Source: a virus (taxonomy: Duplodnaviria; Heunggongvirae; Uroviricota; Caudoviricetes). From it: a stretch of DNA of 17,331 nt. The stretch lies in the IMG/VR virus record IMGVR_UViG_3300036790_000223; one strand, given 5' to 3'. The position numbers were made by a program, and so were the translations under genes. Positions 1 through 5,309 of the stretch are shown here, one piece after another; within the stretch, counting starts at the first letter, position 1, and every line of letters starts with the position of its first letter. The notes under the pieces are model-generated. The model had not been told where the DNA came from. It made no database searches and was given only the letters and a program-made list of their open reading frames with translations.

Positions 1-756
1 CGTGGTCATGACGGCCGCTGGACTGGTGGTGACACCGGGATTCTGGCCGATGTCACCGGCGAGAAGCCGGGCCACGGGTTTGCCCCGGGCTCTGCCGAGC
101 ATGCTAACGCAGTGCGAGAGCTAGCCAACCACGTCGGTGATCGCTCACCCGATGCCGAACACGCCCTGCAGCGGGCTAGCGACGCTATCGACCGGGGTGA
201 CTTCACCCAGGCACGTGGTCACATTGCCGACGCGCACTACAACCTGCTGGCTGACCACGGAAGCCCCGAGGACGTCGCCGCGATTGACGAATCAGCCCGG
301 GGCCTGTCTCACCTGCACAGCACCCGCACCAGCAGCAGCCCTGGCACACCGCTGTCCCCGGCGTATCACTTTGGCACTAACCACCCGCTGGCCCATCCTG
401 AGCAGAGCAGCTCGGCTCCGCTGGCCAGTGCCAACCCGAATGCGTATGACCGCTTCCACGAGATGGCCAACTCGCCCACCGAGGCGGACATGTCCACCCG
501 GGGCGGAGTGACGCCGAGCGGCACGAGCTACGTCTTTGACGCAGCAGGGCGCCCGGTGGACATGTACGGGCGGACGGTCCCGGGTGTGGCTGCTGAGCCT
601 GCGCTGGCCCCAGGTACGCACATCCCCGCCGCGATGAACAACGAGTCGATGGCGATGGCTCGCCGGGCTGGATTGCTGGCTGCTGCGGGTAAGTCGGCCG
701 ACGAGCGCAACGATCCCGTGGTGGAGCGGCTGCGCGCGGCACTGCGTGCTACTTGA
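1..756 (+). CDS. Head-associated modular protein, 5' partial
   Basis: Frame 1 is open from base 1 (RGHDGRWTGGDTG...) to TGA at 754-756, so the ORF-track start at 112 is internal. It begins with the RGxxGxW tag also found in the portal, MuF and 15144 proteins. Confidence 0.75.
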   Translation, partial: RGHDGRWTGGDTGILADVTGEKPGHGFAPGSAEHANAVRELANHVGDRSPDAEHALQRASDAIDRGDFTQARGHIADAHYNLLADHGSPEDVAAIDESARGLSHLHSTRTSSSPGTPLSPAYHFGTNHPLAHPEQSSSAPLASANPNAYDRFHEMANSPTEADMSTRGGVTPSGTSYVFDAAGRPVDMYGRTVPGVAAEPALAPGTHIPAAMNNESMAMARRAGLLAAAGKSADERNDPVVERLRAALRAT

Positions 757-1078
757 TCCGCTCCATAGCTTCCAGGTGCAGCCGAGTGCGGCAGGTCGCA
801 TGCACCACGTAACCAGGACCTGAGCGCGGACCCTGAGAGTCGGCTAGTGCCTGCACCTTCTCGGCGTGCTCGATGCACAGTGGCATCGGGTTGGCCAGCT
901 GGTCACAGCAGGTTGGCGTCCAGATGGCCTGCTTCACGGCTTCCAGCCCGCACAGGTCAGTGCCGATGCCCTTAGGGGAGACGTTGAAGGCACACGTCTT
1001 GCCCCGGTCGTTGCTGAACGTCACCCAGCTCAGGGTCTCGGTGGCCGTGCTCATCGTTCCCATCCTTACGTCCCTCAC
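749..1078 (-). CDS. Cys/His-rich hypothetical protein (~101-109 aa)
   Basis: GTGA overlap with the upstream gene at 1075-1078; alternative ATGs at 1063 and 1054. Ends in TAG and overlaps the convergent + gene by 8 nt. Confidence 0.65.
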   Translation of the reverse strand: MRDVRMGTMSTATETLSWVTFSNDRGKTCAFNVSPKGIGTDLCGLEAVKQAIWTPTCCDQLANPMPLCIEHAEKVQALADSQGPRSGPGYVVHATCRTRLHLEAMERIK

Positions 1079-1212
1079 CACTTAGGTGGTATTGTCCCCG
1101 TTCCTCTGCACGTAGAGCAAGGGCGAACCTCAACCACGCCACCCCGGGTGCGGATGCGGTGCCCCTTACCGTCACAGGCACCACAGCGCAGCGGCTTCTT
1201 CTTTCGCTTCAC
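1075..1212 (-). CDS. Mini zinc-finger protein, DnaJ-type CxxCxGxG x2 (45 aa)
   Basis: MKRKKKPLRCGACDGKGHRIRTRGGVVEVRPCSTCRGTGTIPPKW; GTGA-coupled to the upstream gene. Not in the ORF track. Confidence 0.8.
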   Translation of the reverse strand: MKRKKKPLRCGACDGKGHRIRTRGGVVEVRPCSTCRGTGTIPPKW

Positions 1213-1352
1213 CGCAGTCCTCCCCGGAACCAGCCCTTACCACCACACGCACCGCACCGTGTGTCGATCTTCCCGGCGGGGGTGGAGACGGTCACCCAGC
1301 CGGTGCCTGCGCAATAGCTGCACCGGCTGGGTGGGCGGCGCTTGCGCCTCAA
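1209..1352 (-). CDS. Mini zinc-finger protein, CxxCxGxG x2 (47 aa)
   Basis: MRRKRRPPSRCSYCAGTG...RCGACGGKGWFRGGLR; TTG start after GGAGTGGTGGAACA. Confidence 0.8.
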   Translation of the reverse strand: MRRKRRPPSRCSYCAGTGWVTVSTPAGKIDTRCGACGGKGWFRGGLR

Positions 1353-1372
1353 TGTTCCACCACTCCCTGCGC

Positions 1373-1525
1373 CTAGATGTTGTACCACCACTTATTCTTG
1401 ACCTTCATCTTGGCTGCCTTCTTTTCCATGGCAGCCTGTGCCTTACGCGCGGCGACTGCTTTGACCTTGTCGCGATTCAGCTGGGCCTTGCTCTTGGGTT
1501 CCCAGCCACCCTTCTTCCATGACAT
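1373..1525 (-). CDS. Small Lys/Ala-rich basic protein (50 aa)
   Basis: MSWKKGGWEPKSKAQ...NKWWYNI; ATG after GAGGAACAGGAA; TAG stop. Confidence 0.7.
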   Translation of the reverse strand: MSWKKGGWEPKSKAQLNRDKVKAVAARKAQAAMEKKAAKMKVKNKWWYNI

Positions 1526-1535
1526 TTCCTGTTCC

Positions 1536-1670
1536 TCATTTCTTCGGTGGCCGCCGCTCGCTCGGGCTGGGTGGTGATACCGGCCCGCCCGGAGCAGGGC
1601 CACGTGGTGGTGGCTTGCCGCCTTTGCCTGGTTTTCCAGGCTTGCGCACCGGGGTGGGGGTGGGCTTCAC
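1536..1670 (-). CDS. Pro/Gly/Lys-rich peptide (44 aa)
   Basis: MKPTPTPVRKPGKPGKGGKPPPRGPAPGGPVSPPSPSERRPPKK; GTGA-coupled and fills the gap between neighbouring genes. Confidence 0.55.
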   Translation of the reverse strand: MKPTPTPVRKPGKPGKGGKPPPRGPAPGGPVSPPSPSERRPPKK

Positions 1671-1834
1671 GCTCTCACCTTCCCGGTGCCCTTACAGCGG
1701 GGGCAGCGCCTGACCTGGCTGACGTACTTGCCCCGGGAAGCGAACCTGACCACGATTGTGCCGGTGCCCCCGCAGCCACGGGTGGCGTTGGCGGGATTGT
1801 GGGTGCAGGGGACCTCGGCTGGGGCCTGGCTCAC
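1667..1834 (-). CDS. Mini zinc-finger protein, variant with an expanded first knuckle (55 aa)
   Basis: C-THNPANATRG-CGGTG ... CPRCKGTG; GTGA-coupled on both sides. Confidence 0.75.
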   Translation of the reverse strand: MSQAPAEVPCTHNPANATRGCGGTGTIVVRFASRGKYVSQVRRCPRCKGTGKVRA

Positions 1835-1932
1835 TTGCCCTCCCGGAGCAAGAGGAAGCTGTTGAGCGCCAGCCACGCTGAGTGCAGCCGCCCGTATCCC
1901 TGGTGCCGGAACCGGTGGTAGGCGCCCCTCAT
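1831..1932 (-). CDS. Small hypothetical peptide (33 aa)
   Basis: MRGAYHRFRHQGYGRLHSAWLALNSFLLLREGK; ATGA overlap upstream and GTGA overlap downstream. Confidence 0.55.
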   Translation of the reverse strand: MRGAYHRFRHQGYGRLHSAWLALNSFLLLREGK

Positions 1933-2111
1933 CCGAGGATCGTTCCCTTGCCCTTGCAGGCTGGGCACTTGACCTTCATGTAGTGCTTTTTGTCGACGGT
2001 CTCCCAGCCCTTCTTCTTCGTGGTCTTCTGCAGCGGGATGTGACCCCGGCCCTTACAAGCCGGACACGTCCGCCGGGTCTTGTTCTTGATGGCGTCGCCA
2101 AGGAAACCCAT
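1929..2111 (-). CDS. Mini zinc-finger protein, CxxCxGxG x2 (60 aa)
   Basis: CPACKGRG ... CPACKGKG; SD GGGAGG upstream of the ATG. Confidence 0.85.
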   Translation of the reverse strand: MGFLGDAIKNKTRRTCPACKGRGHIPLQKTTKKKGWETVDKKHYMKVKCPACKGKGTILG

Positions 2112-2135
2112 GGCTGGCCCTCCCTTCCTGTTTCC

Positions 2136-2423
2136 CTACGGGATGATAGTGGGCAGTGGTGTTGGCCCGGTGTACTCCAGGCACGCACACCGCCCGTGCT
2201 TGATCCACTGGCCGTTGCGCGTCGCGCCCAGGTCCACCACACACGGACGGTGTGGCTTGTCGGGGTTGTGGCTGGCGTAGCTGTGCCCGCACAAGCAGAT
2301 GGCCTTAGGCTCGGGCAAGGCAGCGGGGCGGTGGGATGTGACAGAGCCCCGGCCCGCGTAGAACGCAGTGAACCCCACCACGATGGTGGTGAGAATCCAG
2401 ACGACCGCCAGCACCTCGATCAC
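2136..2423 (-). CDS. Membrane-anchored Cys/His protein (95 aa)
   Basis: N-terminal hydrophobic helix IEVLAVVWILTTIVVGFTAFYAG, then CLCGH..H..C..CAC; GTGA-coupled start; TAG stop. Confidence 0.7.
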   Translation of the reverse strand: MIEVLAVVWILTTIVVGFTAFYAGRGSVTSHRPAALPEPKAICLCGHSYASHNPDKPHRPCVVDLGATRNGQWIKHGRCACLEYTGPTPLPTIIP

Positions 2424-2476
2424 CGGCGCCGTCGCTTCCACCAGGTCAGCAAGAGCATAATCACCAGGCGCATCAT
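2420..2476 (-). CDS. Putative 18-aa micropeptide
   Basis: MMRLVIMLLLTWWKRRRR; ATGA overlap upstream and GTGA overlap downstream. Confidence 0.45.
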   Translation of the reverse strand: MMRLVIMLLLTWWKRRRR

Positions 2477-2646
2477 GTCTGCACCAGCTCCCAGCCCTTG
2501 CCGTTGCAGCTGCCGCACTTTTTAGGGCGCGGTTCCATCTTGCGCGTGCCGCCGAACCCGAGTGTGACCTTGCCCTTGCCCTTGCAGACCGGACACGTCT
2601 TCTTCACCTTGGGCCGCTTACGTGGTGGCAGCTTACCGGCGGTCAT
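2473..2646 (-). CDS. Mini zinc-finger protein, CxxCxGxG x2 (57 aa)
   Basis: MTAGKLPPRKRPKVKKTCPVCKGKGKV...KKCGSCNGKGWELVQT; the ATG directly follows the TAG of the upstream paralog. Confidence 0.8.
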   Translation of the reverse strand: MTAGKLPPRKRPKVKKTCPVCKGKGKVTLGFGGTRKMEPRPKKCGSCNGKGWELVQT

Positions 2647-2823
2647 CTACCCCACCAGCTTTCCGGCACCTTTGCAGGTAGGGCACCGGCCCATGTCGCG
2701 AGCGGTGCCCCCCTTAGGGCCACCAGGCATCACCATCAGGCGGCCGGAACCCTTACAGGCCCAGCACTTGCGTTCCTTTGGCTTCTCAGGCTGCTTTTTG
2801 CGGTTGGTCTGGCCGTAGCCCAT
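2647..2823 (-). CDS. Mini zinc-finger protein, CxxCxGxG x2 (58 aa)
   Basis: MGYGQTNRKKQPEKPKERKCWACKGSG...CPTCKGAGKLVG; SD AAGGAG; TAG stop. Confidence 0.8.
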   Translation of the reverse strand: MGYGQTNRKKQPEKPKERKCWACKGSGRLMVMPGGPKGGTARDMGRCPTCKGAGKLVG

Positions 2824-2826
2824 TTC

Positions 2827-2991
2827 CTACTCCTTACTGATCTTGCCCAGGCCACCACACCAGGTGCAGCGCACCGTGATGACCTTGCCCTTCTCCTTCG
2901 GGTGGGGGACGGAAACCTTGCCCTTACCCTTGCACCAGGTGCACTTGCGCATGGGGGGCTTGCCGTTACGGCGGCCTCCAGCGGTGCTCAC
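2827..2991 (-). CDS. Mini zinc-finger protein, CxxCxGxG x2 (54 aa)
   Basis: MSTAGGRRNGKPPMRKCTWCKGKG...CTWCGGLGKISKE; GTGA-coupled start; TAG stop. Confidence 0.8.
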   Translation of the reverse strand: MSTAGGRRNGKPPMRKCTWCKGKGKVSVPHPKEKGKVITVRCTWCGGLGKISKE

Positions 2992-3140
2992 TTGAGCAGG
3001 CCCCAGCCCAGTATCCGGTAGCAATGGCAGCACAGCTGTGGCAGTTTGCCGCCGTCGTACTTCTGTATCCGCTGGAGCCGGGGGCAGTGATAGCCCAACC
3101 GGCACAGCGTGGCTGCTCTGGCCCGGTGGTACAGTTCCAT
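2988..3140 (-). CDS. Small Cys/His protein (50 aa)
   Basis: MELYHRARAATLCRLGYHCPRLQ...QLCCHCYRILGWGLLK; strong purine-rich RBS GGAAGGGAAAAGGAA. Confidence 0.7.
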   Translation of the reverse strand: MELYHRARAATLCRLGYHCPRLQRIQKYDGGKLPQLCCHCYRILGWGLLK

Positions 3141-3161
3141 TTCCTTTTCCCTTCCGTATCT

Positions 3162-3191
3162 AGGATACCGCTACACAGCAGGGTGTGTAAA
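3162..3191 (-). promoter_or_regulatory. SigA/HrdB-like promoter for the zinc-finger sub-operon
   Basis: On the - strand TTTACA-N18-TATCCT, intergenic, 22 nt upstream of ATG 3140. Confidence 0.55.
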
Positions 3192-3202
3192 CGGTTTACC
3201 GG

Positions 3203-3409
3203 CTATCCGTCGCTGTTTAGTTCTGGCGCGAACACCTGGCCCACGGTCGTGCTGCGCAGCACCTCGTACTCGGCGCGCGTGACGGAGTAGGACGAGCCAA
3301 TCTGGCAGGCCAGGGTGACGATGCGGTCCCATGTTGGCGCTGGCTCATCAGTCGCCACCCGGGTAGCCAGGTCCAGGAACCCGACCAGCATGACTTCTCG
3401 CTTAGCCAT
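3203..3409 (-). CDS. Hypothetical protein (68 aa)
   Basis: ATG with SD AGGAGG; TAG stop. Confidence 0.7.
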   Translation of the reverse strand: MAKREVMLVGFLDLATRVATDEPAPTWDRIVTLACQIGSSYSVTRAEYEVLRSTTVGQVFAPELNSDG

Positions 3410-3455
3410 CGCTCAGGTACCTCCTCACGGTCCGTTCCCTTCCTGTTTGGTGTTG

Positions 3456-3803
3456 TTAGTCGTCGGCGGTTTCCCAGCCGTGCGGGACGCCTGCTTCGAC
3501 GTGGCTGGCAGGCAACCAGCAAGTGCGCCCGTCATCGGCCATCTTCATGCAGAGGCCAGAGCGGGGTGCCTGCTGCTCCTGTGCCAGCGCATCATGCAGT
3601 GACTCCACGATGCGGCTGACGGTGCGGTCCTCCAAGGCAGCGTGCAGCAACCATGGGGACGAGGCAGCTACCTCGCCCAGGAGGCGCTGCACCGATTCCG
3701 GTGTCAGCAGGGCTGATACCTGATGGCCGCTGGAGCTGTCCTCCATGGCCAGGGCTATGGTGCCCGCAGCCACGGAGACGTGCTTGAGCCGGTCGGCTCT
3801 CAC
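3456..3803 (-). CDS. Hypothetical protein (115 aa)
   Basis: GTGA-coupled start (MRADRLKH...); C-terminal C..H motif (CWLPASHVEAGVPH); TAA stop. Confidence 0.7.
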   Translation of the reverse strand: MRADRLKHVSVAAGTIALAMEDSSSGHQVSALLTPESVQRLLGEVAASSPWLLHAALEDRTVSRIVESLHDALAQEQQAPRSGLCMKMADDGRTCWLPASHVEAGVPHGWETADD

Positions 3804-3928
3804 TTGCACACACCTCCTGGGCACTTAGGGCAGGCGACCGCCGTAGCTGGCCAGCCCTGCCCGTCTTTCAGCGTGGTGTGCTTGGCCTTGTGCCCGCACA
3901 GTGCGCAAACCTTGCTTCCGGGGAACAT
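3800..3928 (-). CDS. Small Cys-rich protein (42 aa)
   Basis: MFPGSKVCALCGHKAKH...ACPKCPGGVCK; SD GGAGG upstream. Confidence 0.7.
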   Translation of the reverse strand: MFPGSKVCALCGHKAKHTTLKDGQGWPATAVACPKCPGGVCK

Positions 3929-3929
3929 G

Positions 3930-4580
3930 TCACCCTCCTGGTGATGATGGGGTATCGGTTGGTGGGGACACCGGGGTTGTGTCTGGCGGAGAGGGCGTGC
4001 CCGTATCCGGTGGTGACGGTGTTCCGGTGTCTGGTGGTGATGGGGTGTCCGTCACTGGCGGGGACGATGGTGCGACCGTTGACGGCTGTGCCGTGGGCGT
4101 CGGCCGCTGCGTGGTTGGTGCGGCCCTCGGGCGGGTGGCCGGTTCCAGCGCAGGCTGGGCAGGTGGCGGAGTCACGATGGCGTGCGCCGGGCTGCTGAAG
4201 CCGGGGAACGGTGATGCTTCCGTCTTCACCCGGTGGCTCGCGCTGGGTCGTGGCGCTACTACCTGCGCTGCGGCTGGGCTGGGCGTGTGGCGTGGTGCCG
4301 CGCCACTCAGCTGGCTGGCCGAGACAACTGCCGCTGCCCCGCCGAGCGCCACCAGCACCACGGTGCACGCAGCCACCAGCAGGTTACGGCGGCGCACCGG
4401 AGCAGGCAGCTCCGGGTCAGCACCAGCGTGAAAGGCAATCCGCTCAAACGGGCCTGTCGGGGTGTAGTCCCGCACCACCGGGATTGCGTCCACGGTGTCG
4501 GGGTCGGCGCTGAGTGGTGGCGGTAGGTGGGTCTTGCCGGTCTGGACGATGCGTCCCGCTGGGGTCTCAGGTTCCGCCAT
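3930..4580 (-). CDS. Single-pass membrane protein with Pro/Thr-rich tail (216 aa)
   Basis: RRRN followed by hydrophobic LLVAACTVVLVALGGAAAVV and a long P/T/S tail; likely start MAEPETP at 4580. Confidence 0.75.
   Translation of the reverse strand: MAEPETPAGRIVQTGKTHLPPPLSADPDTVDAIPVVRDYTPTGPFERIAFHAGADPELPAPVRRRNLLVAACTVVLVALGGAAAVVSASQLSGAAPRHTPSPAAAQVVAPRPSASHRVKTEASPFPGFSSPAHAIVTPPPAQPALEPATRPRAAPTTQRPTPTAQPSTVAPSSPPVTDTPSPPDTGTPSPPDTGTPSPPDTTPVSPPTDTPSSPGG
3975..4046 (-). repeat. Three 24-nt coding repeats (TPSPPDTG, TPSPPDTG, TPSPPDTT)
   Basis: Peptide repeat with diverged wobble positions. Confidence 0.8.
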
Positions 4581-4851
4581 CTGCTTCTGCTTCCTTTTCG
4601 CCCGGTGGTGCCAGGCGCTGCAGCTCCCACTTGGTGTTCTGGGCGACCACACGCCAGTGCACCCGGCCGGTCAAGGTAGGGTCCGACACCACATGGGTAT
4701 CAGTCGCAAAGGTGTGTCCGCCGAGCTGTACCGCGCGCTGGGCCATGTACTCGGCTGAGCGCATGCCCAGCCCGGTGTAGCCCTTGATGATGCGGGCCAG
4801 TCCTGAGGTACCGTACGCCGTCCAGCGTGAGACCACTACCTGTTCGCTCAT
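4567..4851 (-). CDS. Hypothetical protein (94 aa)
   Basis: ATGA-coupled to the upstream gene. Confidence 0.7.
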   Translation of the reverse strand: MSEQVVVSRWTAYGTSGLARIIKGYTGLGMRSAEYMAQRAVQLGGHTFATDTHVVSDPTLTGRVHWRVVAQNTKWELQRLAPPGEKEAEADGGT

Positions 4852-5213
4852 CGGACTGGGTCCTTTCGGGTGCAGGGGAACGATGGCTTGGTCTGCGCTG
4901 TCATGGGGTGGCTCACCTCAGGGCAATCCGGGCAGCAGGCCGGGCAATCGCTGGTGAAGGCGTCGTCTTGATGGTGGGTGGGGTCCACGGCCTGCCGCAG
5001 CAGGTGGATCTCACGGTGGGCGTCGAAGTTCCCCACACCAGGCACCCCATGCCTGAAGGTGTAGCGGTTGCGGATGTCGATCTTGACCTCGTGCACGCCG
5101 TGGCGGCTGGACCAGCCCCGTGCAGCCTCAAGGGCCAGGACCGGGGTGAAAAAGCTTTCCTCGGTGTAGGTGCCGTCTTCGAACTGGACGGTCACGTGGT
5201 GTGGTTTATTCAA
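4848..5213 (-). CDS. Hypothetical protein (121 aa), first gene of cassette 1
   Basis: TTG start after CCAGGAAA; C-terminal CPACCPDC motif. Confidence 0.7.
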   Translation of the reverse strand: MNKPHHVTVQFEDGTYTEESFFTPVLALEAARGWSSRHGVHEVKIDIRNRYTFRHGVPGVGNFDAHREIHLLRQAVDPTHHQDDAFTSDCPACCPDCPEVSHPMTAQTKPSFPCTRKDPVR

Positions 5214-5267
5214 TTTCCTGGCATCCTTTCCTAGTGGGGGTAACCCTACCTGGTTTTCCCTGCCTAC

Positions 5268-5299
5268 GTAAACGGGTTACGTGGGTTCGTTATTTCCCC
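5268..5299 (-). promoter_or_regulatory. Repeated bipartite promoter-like element, copy 1
   Basis: On the - strand GGGGAAATAA-N11-AACCCGTTTAC; identical boxes and spacing at 11885 and 13584. A nested TTTACG-N18-TAGGGT lies at 5272-5243. Confidence 0.7.
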
Positions 5300-5309
5300 C
5301 GGAGGTACC

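Noticed and set aside
1075-2991. dnaJ gene or pseudogene fragments
   Set aside because: There is no J domain or HPD motif and no C-terminal domains. Each ORF has its own start, coupling or SD.
3141-3202. Second self-cleaving ribozyme in this intergenic region
   Set aside because: It has small inverted repeats but no hammerhead, twister or pistol core that I can recognise, and it is better explained as a promoter.
5210-5224. Four-codon ORF ATG CCA GGA AAT TGA overlapping the 5213 start
   Set aside because: SD spacing is poor and such an ORF is likely by chance; there is no independent support.
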